From Gemmatimonadales bacterium (GTDB lineage Bacteria > Gemmatimonadota > Gemmatimonadetes > Gemmatimonadales > GWC2-71-9): 64,000 nt of DNA. The stretch lies in the NCBI GenBank assembly GCA_035310725.1, contig DATGDT010000257.1, positions 1,216 through 65,215 on the forward strand, given 5' to 3'. Position numbers and translations under genes: made by a program. Below the pieces are notes generated by a model that was not told the origin of the DNA, did no database searches, and was given only the letters and a program-made list of their open reading frames with translations. Shown one piece after another: positions 18,110 through 26,279 of this stretch. The first letter of the stretch is position 1. Every line of letters starts with the position of its first letter.

Positions 18110-19144
18110 ATGCCCGACCCCCGTCCATCCCCCGCGCTCGTCGTCCAGACCGCATTCCTCGGTGACGTCGTCCTCACCACGCCGCTGCTCGCCGTGCTCG
18201 CCGAGCGGCACGGACCGGTGGACGTGGTAACCACGCCGGCCGCTGCGCCGCTGCTCGAAACGCACCCGGCGGTGCGCCGGGTGCTCGTGTACGACAAGCG
18301 GAAGGCCGACCGCGGACTCGCGGGCCTGCAGCAGCTCGCCCGCCGGCTGCGTGCGGAACGCTATGCGGTGGCGTACCTTCCTCACCGCTCGCTGCGCAGC
18401 GCCGCGTTGGCGCGGCTCGCCCGCATCCCGCGCCGCGTCGGCTACATGGACGGTTGGCGCTCGCTGTACACCGAGGCGCGGCCCCGCCCGCGAGACGGGC
18501 ACGAGATCGACCGGCTGCTGGCATTGGTCGACGCGACACCGCACCAAGGGACCCGGCCGACGCTGCAGCTCGTGGCGAGCGACGTGGCGCGGGCCGAAGC
18601 GGAGATCAGGTCGGCGGCCGTCGCGCCGCCTTTCGTGGCTCTTGCGCCGGGCTCCATCTGGGGCAGCAAGCGGTGGCCGCACTTCGCCGCGCTGGCGCGG
18701 CGGCTGACGCAGCATTTCCACGTCGTGCTGGTGGGCGGACCCGACGATGCGGCGCTCGCCGACACGATCGTGGCCGCGGCGACCGATGCCAAGGCCGCGC
18801 ATCGTGTCGTGAGTCTGTGCGGCCGGTTGTCGCTGCGCGAATCTGCGGCGGTGATTCGCGAGGCCGCGATCCTCGTGACCAACGATTCGGCGCCGCTGCA
18901 TTTCGCTCAGGCGGTGGAGACGCCGACGGTGGCGATATTCGGGCCGACGATTCCGGCGTTCGGGTTCGGCCCCCGGGGGCCACACGACGTCGTGGTGGGA
19001 CTCGACCGGCTCGCCTGCCGCCCGTGCTCGCCGCACGGGCCCGCGGCGTGTCCGCTGGGGCACCATCGGTGCCTGCAGGCTGTGAGCGTAGACGACGTCC
19101 TGCGAGCCATGGAGGAGACCGGTGCGGTACATCGTCGGGATTGA
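18110..19144 (+). CDS. Glycosyltransferase family 9 (ADP-heptose:LPS heptosyltransferase-like)
   Basis: ORF 344 aa: LAPGSIWGSKRWP...LVGGPDD...LVTNDSAPLHFAQAVETPTVAIFGPT. Confidence 0.85.
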   Translation: MPDPRPSPALVVQTAFLGDVVLTTPLLAVLAERHGPVDVVTTPAAAPLLETHPAVRRVLVYDKRKADRGLAGLQQLARRLRAERYAVAYLPHRSLRSAALARLARIPRRVGYMDGWRSLYTEARPRPRDGHEIDRLLALVDATPHQGTRPTLQLVASDVARAEAEIRSAAVAPPFVALAPGSIWGSKRWPHFAALARRLTQHFHVVLVGGPDDAALADTIVAAATDAKAAHRVVSLCGRLSLRESAAVIREAAILVTNDSAPLHFAQAVETPTVAIFGPTIPAFGFGPRGPHDVVVGLDRLACRPCSPHGPAACPLGHHRCLQAVSVDDVLRAMEETGAVHRRD

Positions 19145-20090
19145 CGTCGGCGGCACCAACATCGTGGCGGGCACGGTGGCCGAGGACGGATCCGAGATCC
19201 TGGGCGTGCTGTCCGAGCCCACGAAACCCGAGGAGGGACCCGACGCGGTGGTCGGGCGGATCGTCGAGCTGACGCGGGCGTCGATGGCCGCAGCGGGCCG
19301 CGGCCGGGACGTCGCCGGGGTCGGCATCGGCTCGCCGGGACCGCTCAACACGAAGACCGGCGTCGTGTTGCTCACCCCGAATCTCGGCTGGGTCAACATG
19401 CCGTTGCGCGACCGCGTGGCGGGCGCACTCGGCCTGCCGGGGACGCTGGACAACGACGCCAACTGCGCCGTGTTCGGCGAGTGGTGGCGCGGGGCCGCGC
19501 GCGGGGCGAAACACGTCGTGGGGTTGACCATCGGCACCGGCATCGGGGGCGGGATCGTGCTGAACGGCGACATCTACCGCGGCGCCTCGGACATCGCCGG
19601 CGAGATCGGCCACATGACCATCGACTCCACCGGGCGCCGCTGCAAGTGCGGCAATTACGGCTGCCTCGAAGCGTACGCGTCGGGCCCGGCGATCGCGGCC
19701 CGCGCGGTCGAGGGGATCGAAGCAGGGGCTGACAGCACCCTGCCCCGGCTGGTCGGGGGTGACCTGCGAAAGGTCACCGCGCAGGTGGTATACGACGCCG
19801 CGCACGAAGGCGACGAGTTCGCGCTCGAGGTCGTCCGGGACACCGCCAAATTCCTCGGGGCGGGTGTGGCCAACATCATCAACATCTTCAACCCTGAGGT
19901 CGTTGTGATCTGCGGTGGCGTGACACTGGCCGGCGACAAGCTGTTCGTCCCGCTTCAGAGCGAGGTGAAGCGGCGGGCGTTCAAGCCGGCCGTCGATGTC
20001 TGCCGCATCCTCCCGGGGGAGCTGCCGGGCACGGCCGGCGTCTGGGGCGCCGCGGCGGTCTTCATCAAGCGGACGTGGGGTCTGAAGTGA
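19122..20090 (+). CDS. ROK-family glucokinase
   Basis: ORF 322 aa. N-terminus IVGIDVGGTNIV, ROK signature GEIGHMTIDSTGRRCKCGNYGCLEAYASG. GTG start overlaps the previous gene by 23 nt. Confidence 0.9.
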   Translation: MRYIVGIDVGGTNIVAGTVAEDGSEILGVLSEPTKPEEGPDAVVGRIVELTRASMAAAGRGRDVAGVGIGSPGPLNTKTGVVLLTPNLGWVNMPLRDRVAGALGLPGTLDNDANCAVFGEWWRGAARGAKHVVGLTIGTGIGGGIVLNGDIYRGASDIAGEIGHMTIDSTGRRCKCGNYGCLEAYASGPAIAARAVEGIEAGADSTLPRLVGGDLRKVTAQVVYDAAHEGDEFALEVVRDTAKFLGAGVANIINIFNPEVVVICGGVTLAGDKLFVPLQSEVKRRAFKPAVDVCRILPGELPGTAGVWGAAAVFIKRTWGLK

Positions 20091-21016
20091 AGCGCCTCGG
20101 GGTCATCGGGACGATGGTGTGGGACACGATCCACGGGCGCGACCCCACGCAGCGCGCGGTCGAGGAGTGGGGGGGAATTGCCTACGCCCTGGCCGGGCTG
20201 GACGCGGCGCTCCCCGACGACTGGGCCATCGTGCCGCTCATCAAGGTGGGACGGGACCTGGCGCCGCGGGCGTCGGCCTTCCTGCGCGATGTGCGGCGCG
20301 CTGTCCCGGGGTCCCGGTTCATCGAAGTGCCGGAGCCCAACAACCGCGTCACCCTGCACTACGAGACGGCCGAGCGGCGTTGTGAGCAGCTCACCGGCGG
20401 CGTCCCTGGATGGACGTGGGCCGAGCTGGGTGGTCTGGTGCGCGATCTCGACGCACTGTACCTGAACTTCATCTCCGGCTGGGAGCTGGGGCTCGACACG
20501 GCGCAGCTGCTGCGCCGCGGCTTCGCCCGGCCGATCTACGCCGACCTGCACAGTCTCTTCCTCGGACGCTTGCCGGACGGCACGCGCGTGCTGCAGGCGC
20601 TCCCTGGCGGCGACGACTGGTTCGGCTGCTTCGATACGGTGCAGGTGAACGAGGACGAGTTCGGTCAGCTCGGCCCCGACCCGCTCGCGGCCGCGGCCCA
20701 CGTGCTCGCGGCCGGGTGCCGCACCCTGATCGTGACACTCGGCGTGCGCGGGGTCGCCTACTTCGTCGCCACGCCGGGACAGCCGATTCGCAGCGCCCGG
20801 GTCGCGCTGGAGCCGGGCGACCGGACCCCGGTGGCCGGCGGCGATCCGACCGGCTGCGGCGACGTCTTCGGCGCGGTGGCGTGCGCACACCTGCTGCAGG
20901 GCGCCTCGCTCGACGCGGCGATCCGCGCGGGAAGTCATATGGCAGCCCGGAACGTGACCCATCGCGGCGCGACCGGGCTGCGCGATCATCTGCTCGGCCG
21001 ATTGGCTTCCGTATGA
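20087..21016 (+). CDS. PfkB-family carbohydrate kinase
   Basis: ORF 20075-21016. The start is either GTG 20075 or GTG 20087; the latter forms a GTGA overlap with the ROK stop. C-terminal PfkB motif GDPTGCGDVFGAVACAHLL. Confidence 0.8.
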   Translation: MKRLGVIGTMVWDTIHGRDPTQRAVEEWGGIAYALAGLDAALPDDWAIVPLIKVGRDLAPRASAFLRDVRRAVPGSRFIEVPEPNNRVTLHYETAERRCEQLTGGVPGWTWAELGGLVRDLDALYLNFISGWELGLDTAQLLRRGFARPIYADLHSLFLGRLPDGTRVLQALPGGDDWFGCFDTVQVNEDEFGQLGPDPLAAAAHVLAAGCRTLIVTLGVRGVAYFVATPGQPIRSARVALEPGDRTPVAGGDPTGCGDVFGAVACAHLLQGASLDAAIRAGSHMAARNVTHRGATGLRDHLLGRLASV

Positions 21017-21918
21017 CGAAGCTGGTGGACGTCCCGGCGCAGTTCGACGACCGGACGTTCGATCAATTCGCTGCGGCCTACAGCCGCGCCGCGGCCGAGG
21101 GCGGGCGCATGCTGTTCGACGCGCACGCGACCGAGTGGGCGTCTCCCTACGGACTCGTCGGCCTGCTGGCGGCCGGCCAGGCGGCGCAGGCATCGGGCGG
21201 CGAGCGGCCGCTGCTGACCGCCCCCACCGCTCCGGACGTGCTGAGCTACTGGGGGCGTGCCGGATTCTTCCGCGATGCGCGCGAGTTGTTCGAGATCCAC
21301 GGGAAAGTGCCCCGCGGACAGTCGGCCGCCGACTCGGACGTGCTCCTCCCGGTGACGGCCGTGCGCGCCGCCGAGGACGTTCATGAAGTGGTCGGGCACA
21401 TCCAGCAGCGCGCCACCGCGATTCTCTCGAGCGAGCTCGGCATCGATCCGAAGGCGACCATGGGATTCGCTATGGCGCTTTCGGAGGCGTGTCAGAATAT
21501 TGTAGAGCACGCCGGTACGGGCGGCTGGGTGGCGGTGCAGAGTTACCACTGGCGGCGCCGTCTGGCTCGCCGCGTGGTGGTCATCGCCGTGGCCGACGCG
21601 GGCGTGGGGTTCCGTGCCTCACTCGAAGCGGCGCACGGGCGCCGCTTCGGCGACCGTTGGAGCGACGCCGCGGCGCTGGAGGCGGCGCTGATCCAGGGGG
21701 TGAGTCGGTTCCGGGACCCCGGCCGCGGGCAGGGACTGAAGGGGATCCGGAATTACGTCTCGCGGTGGGACGGCAAGATCGCCATCCGCAGCGGCACCGC
21801 GCGCATCGCGATCGTCCCGTCCTGGGACGACGACGTGCCGCTCGCCGAGGGGTTGCCGCCGTTCCCCGGCTCCCAGGTGCTTCTCATCATCCCGGAGCAG
21901 AGAGCCCGACACACGTGA
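21013..21918 (+). CDS. GHKL/HATPase_c-type ATP-binding protein (RsbW/SpoIIAB-like kinase fold) with an unknown ~110-aa N-terminal domain
   Basis: Real part of ORF 20410-21918. ATG 21013 forms an ATGA overlap with the pfkB stop. ATPase region: ALSEACQNIVEHAG...VIAVADAGVGF...GRGQGLKGIRNY...GKIAIRSGTARI. Confidence 0.7.
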   Translation: MTKLVDVPAQFDDRTFDQFAAAYSRAAAEGGRMLFDAHATEWASPYGLVGLLAAGQAAQASGGERPLLTAPTAPDVLSYWGRAGFFRDARELFEIHGKVPRGQSAADSDVLLPVTAVRAAEDVHEVVGHIQQRATAILSSELGIDPKATMGFAMALSEACQNIVEHAGTGGWVAVQSYHWRRRLARRVVVIAVADAGVGFRASLEAAHGRRFGDRWSDAAALEAALIQGVSRFRDPGRGQGLKGIRNYVSRWDGKIAIRSGTARIAIVPSWDDDVPLAEGLPPFPGSQVLLIIPEQRARHT

Positions 21919-22352
21919 TCCAGTCCATCGATGTTTCCGCCGTCCTGCGCCTCGCGGTGCGCGCCACGTACGCGGACCTCGTCACCCGGGCCACGGGCCG
22001 CGCGGTCCGGGAGCACATCGAGCAGGCGTACGCCGCCGATGTCGGGTTCGTGGCCCGGATGGACTTCACCGGCGTCCGCTGCATCGACTATTCCTGCGCC
22101 GACGAGATCGTGGCCAAGCTGCTACGGGAGCGGATTCACGTGCTGGTGCTGCGCGGCTGCTCGGACGCGCACCTGGAAGCGCTCGGGCCCGTCCTCGAAG
22201 GACACGGCCTGGCGGCGCTACTCGAGCGGGCCGATGGGACGCTCGACGGCCTGGGCCGACCGGAATCCACCGAGGCCCTGCTGGACGAGCTGGTCGCCCG
22301 CCGGCTGGCCGCGCGGACAGCCGGGGGCGCGGTCGCGCTGGTCGCCGCGTGA
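21915..22352 (+). CDS. DUF4325 / STAS-like domain protein
   Basis: Part of ORF 21489-22352. GTG 21915 forms a GTGA overlap with the upstream stop. TRATGRAVREHIEQ...VARMDFTGVRCIDYSCADEIVAKLL resembles the DUF4325 pattern (lDF.gV..is.SFadE). Confidence 0.6.
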   Translation: MIQSIDVSAVLRLAVRATYADLVTRATGRAVREHIEQAYAADVGFVARMDFTGVRCIDYSCADEIVAKLLRERIHVLVLRGCSDAHLEALGPVLEGHGLAALLERADGTLDGLGRPESTEALLDELVARRLAARTAGGAVALVAA

Positions 22353-23506
22353 CGCGCCGTCGGCTCGGCCTCTCCACTCGCGCCATCCACGGCGAGCCGG
22401 AGCCGCGACCCGATTGGACGCCGATCTCCCAACCGATTTACCAGAGCAGCACGTTCACCAATCCCGTCGGCTCGTCCGCCGAAGTCCTCTACACCCGATA
22501 CGGCAATAACCCCAACCAGGTGCAGATCGGGCGCCGCTTGGCCCGCCTGGAGGGCGCCGAGGCGGCGCTGTTCGTGGCGAGCGGGATGGGAGCCACCGCC
22601 CTCGCCCATCTCGCCGTACTGCGGCCGGGGGATCACCTGATCTCCAGCGAGTGGATCTACGGGGGCGTCCACAAGCTGTTCACGGAGGAATTCGGACGCT
22701 TCGGGATCGAGGTGACCTTCGTGGACCCGCTGCGCTCGCGCGCCTGGAAGGAAGCGCTGCGCAAGAACACGCGGGCGATGTTCGTGGAGACACCGACAAA
22801 CCCGCTGCTGCGCGTCATCGACCTCGAGCCGATCGCCACACTGGCGAAGGCCGAGGGGCTGGCCCTCCTCGTGGACTCCACCTTCGCCTCCCCGATCGCG
22901 TTCCGGCCGCTGGAGCACGGGGCCGACATCGTGATCCACAGCGCGACGAAGTACCTGAACGGCCACACCGACGTGATCGCCGGCGCCGTGGCGGGCACCG
23001 AGTCCGTCGTCGAGGAAGTCCGGCGGCTGATGCAGCTGTGGGGCCAGGCGATCGATCCGCACGCCGCCTGGCTCATCGAGCGCGGGATGCGAACGCTCGC
23101 CATCCGCGTGGCGCGGCACTCCGCGACGGGCCTCGCGGTGGCGGAGTGGTTCAGCCGCCAGCCGCAGGTCGCCGTGGTGCACTACCCCGGGCTGTCCTCG
23201 CACCGTGATCACAAGACGGCCAAACGGGTACTCGAAGGATATGGCGGGATGCTGGGCCTCGAGCTCAAGGGCGGCGCGCGGGCTGCCGAGCGGTTCCTGC
23301 GGGCCCTCACGATCGCCGCGCACGCGCCGTCGCTGGGCGGCACGGAGACGCTGGTTTCCGAGCCGCGGCTCACGTCTCACAAGGGACTCACGGCCGACGA
23401 ACGCGCCCGGGCTGGCATTCCGGACGGGTTCCTGAGATTTTCCCTCGGACTCGAGGATGCCGACGACCTCATCGCGGATTTCGCCCAGGCGCTGGCACAG
23501 CTCTAG
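22349..23506 (+). CDS. Cys/Met-metabolism PLP enzyme (cystathionine gamma-synthase/beta-lyase family)
   Basis: ORF 385 aa. PLP-lysine motif VIHSATKYLNGHTDVIAG and AHAPSLGGTETLV. Confidence 0.9.
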   Translation: MTRRRLGLSTRAIHGEPEPRPDWTPISQPIYQSSTFTNPVGSSAEVLYTRYGNNPNQVQIGRRLARLEGAEAALFVASGMGATALAHLAVLRPGDHLISSEWIYGGVHKLFTEEFGRFGIEVTFVDPLRSRAWKEALRKNTRAMFVETPTNPLLRVIDLEPIATLAKAEGLALLVDSTFASPIAFRPLEHGADIVIHSATKYLNGHTDVIAGAVAGTESVVEEVRRLMQLWGQAIDPHAAWLIERGMRTLAIRVARHSATGLAVAEWFSRQPQVAVVHYPGLSSHRDHKTAKRVLEGYGGMLGLELKGGARAAERFLRALTIAAHAPSLGGTETLVSEPRLTSHKGLTADERARAGIPDGFLRFSLGLEDADDLIADFAQALAQL

Positions 23507-24202
23507 GTGATCAAGTTCACGAGCGTCTTCAAGACGTACGCGAAGGGTGGACTCGCCCTCAAAGACGTCTCCTTCCATATCGCGAAGGGCGAGTTCGCCT
23601 TCCTCACCGGTCACTCCGGCGCCGGCAAATCCACCGTTCTGAAGCTCACCTACGCCGACGAGCAACCCTCGAGCGGTGAGGTGCGCGTGTCCGGGTACGA
23701 CGTCACGAGCATCAGCGCGCGCGATGTGCCGCACCTGCGGCGCCGCCTGGGGATCGTATTTCAGGATTTCCGGCTGCTGGAGGACCGCACAGCCGAGGAA
23801 AACGTCGCGTTCGCCCTCGAGGTGACCGGAGCGCGACGCTCCGCGATACCCGCCCGCGTGATGCGCGTACTCACCCAGGTGGGCCTCGCCGCGAAGGCCG
23901 GGGCGTACCCCCGGGAGCTGTCCGGGGGGGAGCAGCAGCGCGTCGCGATCGCCCGCGCCCTCGTGAACGAGCCGCAGGTCCTCCTGGCGGACGAGCCCAC
24001 CGGCAATCTCGACGAGCGCGCCACGCGGGGCGTGTTCCAGCTGCTGCGCGACATCAATGCCAGCGGTACGGCGGTGGTCATGGCGACGCACGATCTGGAG
24101 CTGGTGCGCTCGGCCCCCTACCGGGTCATCGAGCTGCAGGACGGCGCCGTGGTCTACGACTCCGCCGTGGACGAGGCGGCGGCGGGAGGCGAACCCGCGT
24201 GA
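23507..24202 (+). CDS. ftsE: Cell-division ABC ATPase FtsE
   Basis: ORF 231 aa: [35 protein letters not shown]. Followed by ftsX. Confidence 0.92.
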   Translation: MIKFTSVFKTYAKGGLALKDVSFHIAKGEFAFLTGHSGAGKSTVLKLTYADEQPSSGEVRVSGYDVTSISARDVPHLRRRLGIVFQDFRLLEDRTAEENVAFALEVTGARRSAIPARVMRVLTQVGLAAKAGAYPRELSGGEQQRVAIARALVNEPQVLLADEPTGNLDERATRGVFQLLRDINASGTAVVMATHDLELVRSAPYRVIELQDGAVVYDSAVDEAAAGGEPA

Positions 24203-25056
24203 CCCTGACGGTGCGCGAGGCCCTGCTCGCCTTTCGGCGCGCGCCGCTCCTGTCGGCGCTCTCGGTCACCACGATCGCGTTCTCGCTGTTCGTGCTCGGG
24301 CTGTTCGGGCTCGTCGCCGTGAACCTCCGCCAGGCGCTGCGCGGGGTGGCGGAGCGGGTGGAGATCGTCGCGTACGTCCTTCCCGGCACGCAGATCGAGA
24401 CGGTGACGCTGGCCGAGCAGGACATCGAGGCGTTTCCCGAAGTGCTGTCTGCCGACTACGTGCCCGAGGATAGCGCGCTGGCGCGCGCCCGCCGCGAGCT
24501 GGTGGAATTCCGCGACCTGTTGCGCGAGATGGAGCGCAATCCACTGCCCTCTTCCATCGAGGTCAAGCTCAAACCGGGCTACCAGGACGCGGCCCACGTC
24601 AATGCCGTCGCCGAGCGGCTGCGGAGCTTCAGCTTCGTGGACGACGTGCGCTACGGTCGCGATTGGGTGGAGAAGCTGGATCGGCTGCGCGGGCTCGCCG
24701 CCGCCGTCGGCGTGGTGGTCGGCGCGGCCTTCGCCGTCGTCGCCGTGATCATCATCGGCACCACGATCCGGATGGCCGTGCTGCAGCGCAGCCGGGAGAT
24801 CGCGATCATGCGGCTCGTGGGCGCGACCGACGGGTTCATTCGCCGCCCGTTCCTGCTCCAGGGCGCCCTCAAGGGGCTGCTCGGGGGGCTGGTCGCCGTC
24901 GGCTTGTCCTACGTCGCCTACGTGTTCATCAACCGGTTCTTGATCGCTTCTTCCTTCTTCACGGCGCTACAGGCGCTGGCCGTCGTGGTGTTCGGGACGG
25001 TCATCGGGCTGATGGGGAGTCTCCTCAGCGTCGGGCGACATTTGAGACGAGTATGA
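24199..25056 (+). CDS. ftsX: Cell-division permease-like protein FtsX
   Basis: ORF 285 aa. GTGA overlap with ftsE, four TM segments and an FtsX extracellular-domain pattern. Confidence 0.9.
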   Translation: MTLTVREALLAFRRAPLLSALSVTTIAFSLFVLGLFGLVAVNLRQALRGVAERVEIVAYVLPGTQIETVTLAEQDIEAFPEVLSADYVPEDSALARARRELVEFRDLLREMERNPLPSSIEVKLKPGYQDAAHVNAVAERLRSFSFVDDVRYGRDWVEKLDRLRGLAAAVGVVVGAAFAVVAVIIIGTTIRMAVLQRSREIAIMRLVGATDGFIRRPFLLQGALKGLLGGLVAVGLSYVAYVFINRFLIASSFFTALQALAVVVFGTVIGLMGSLLSVGRHLRRV

Positions 25057-26279
25057 ACCGGGGACGGGGGACGAGGGACGAGGGACGGGCCTGGATCATC
25101 GCGGCCATCGCGATAGTCCTCGTCACGCTTCCCTCGTCCCCCATCCCTCTCTTCGCCCAGCGCCCGACCCTCGAGCAGCAGATGCGCGACAATCAGCAGC
25201 GCCTGGAGGGCATCCGCCGAGAGCGGACCCAGGCGCAGCAGGATCTGGAGCGGCTGCGCGCCCAGGTCCACAGCCTCGCCGACGAGCTGACCAACCTCGA
25301 GCATCAAAAAGAGACCACGAACCGCATCGTGAACGAGCTGGACCGGCAGATCCTCCAGCTGGGCGACGCGATCGACCGCATCACGGTGGACCTGGTGCTG
25401 GCCCAGGACGCGCTGGACGAGAAGCGCGCTGTGGCGGAGCGGCGGCTCGTCGACATCTACAAGCGCGGCCCGTTGTACGCCTACCAGGTGCTGTTCGCGG
25501 CCGAGAGTTTCGGCGACCTCCTGTCGCGGTACAAGTACCTCTACCTGATCAGCCGGCAGGACCGCCAGCTCGCCAACGAGATGAACCGGCTGCGGGATCG
25601 CATCGCACGGGAGCGGCGCGGTCTGGTGGAAGCGCGCGACGCGCTGGAGCGGCGCCGCACCGAGCGGTCCGAAGAGCTGCAGCATTTCGTCGATCTCGCC
25701 TCGCAGCGGCAACGCCGGCTGCGCGAGACCCGCCGTGACGTGGAGCGGGTCCAGGAGCGGCTCACCGCCACCGACGCCGAGGAGCGGCGGGTCGCCAACG
25801 CCATCGCCACGCTCGAGCGGGCGCGCCGCGAGGCCGAGGCCCGGGGCGCCGTGCCGACGACCGGCGCGATCACGAGCGGGAGTCTGGGCTCGCTCGACTG
25901 GCCGGTGACCGGCCGCGTGGTCTACGACTTTGGCCCCGCCGCGGGGCCCGACAACACGCGCATCACCTGGCATGGCATCGGTATCGCCGCGGACGAGGGC
26001 ACGGCCGTGAAGGCGGTCGCGCCCGGGACGGTCGCCCTGGTGGGGCCCCTCGGCACTTACCTCACGACGGTGATCGTGGATCACGGCGGCGGCTTCTACA
26101 CGATCTACGCCTCGCTCAACGACGCGGCGGTCTCCAAGGGCGACCGCGTGGTCCGCGGACAGCTGCTCGGTCACGTCGGCGGCGGCACGACCGAGCAGGG
26201 CCCGCACCTGCACTTCGAGATCCGGGGCCCGGGGCAGATTGCGCTCGATCCGCTGAATTGGCTGAAACCGAAACCTTAA
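25053..26279 (+). CDS. EnvC-like murein hydrolase activator (coiled coil + M23/LytM domain)
   Basis: Real part of ORF 24663-26279. ATG 25053 forms an ATGA overlap with ftsX. It has a signal-anchor WIIAAIAIVLVTL, a long coiled coil, and a C-terminal M23 region (GIGIAADEGTAVKAVAPGTV...VIVDHGGGFYTIYASL...GPHLHFEIR). Confidence 0.85.
   Translation: MNRGRGTRDEGRAWIIAAIAIVLVTLPSSPIPLFAQRPTLEQQMRDNQQRLEGIRRERTQAQQDLERLRAQVHSLADELTNLEHQKETTNRIVNELDRQILQLGDAIDRITVDLVLAQDALDEKRAVAERRLVDIYKRGPLYAYQVLFAAESFGDLLSRYKYLYLISRQDRQLANEMNRLRDRIARERRGLVEARDALERRRTERSEELQHFVDLASQRQRRLRETRRDVERVQERLTATDAEERRVANAIATLERARREAEARGAVPTTGAITSGSLGSLDWPVTGRVVYDFGPAAGPDNTRITWHGIGIAADEGTAVKAVAPGTVALVGPLGTYLTTVIVDHGGGFYTIYASLNDAAVSKGDRVVRGQLLGHVGGGTTEQGPHLHFEIRGPGQIALDPLNWLKPKP
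25060..25144. repeat. Heptamer array (GGGGACG)x2(AGGGACG)x2 with a degenerate inverted partner, inside the envC 5' end
   Basis: Direct units span 25060-25087. acgggggacgaggg (25064-25077) is 13/14 complementary to ccctcgtcccccat (25131-25144). An inner palindrome atcgcg/cgcgat lies at 25098-25114. Confidence 0.85.

Noticed and set aside
16196-19573. 1125-aa minus-strand ORF
   Set aside because: It is antisense to lepA, the heptosyltransferase gene and the ROK kinase gene, all of which have unambiguous motifs. It has no recognisable domains.
20410-21012. N-terminal 200 aa of the 502-aa ORF that ends as the GHKL ATPase
   Set aside because: This part overlaps the well-supported PfkB kinase gene in another frame and is Arg/Pro/Gly noise. 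ATG 21013, with an ATGA overlap to the pfkB stop, is the sensible start.
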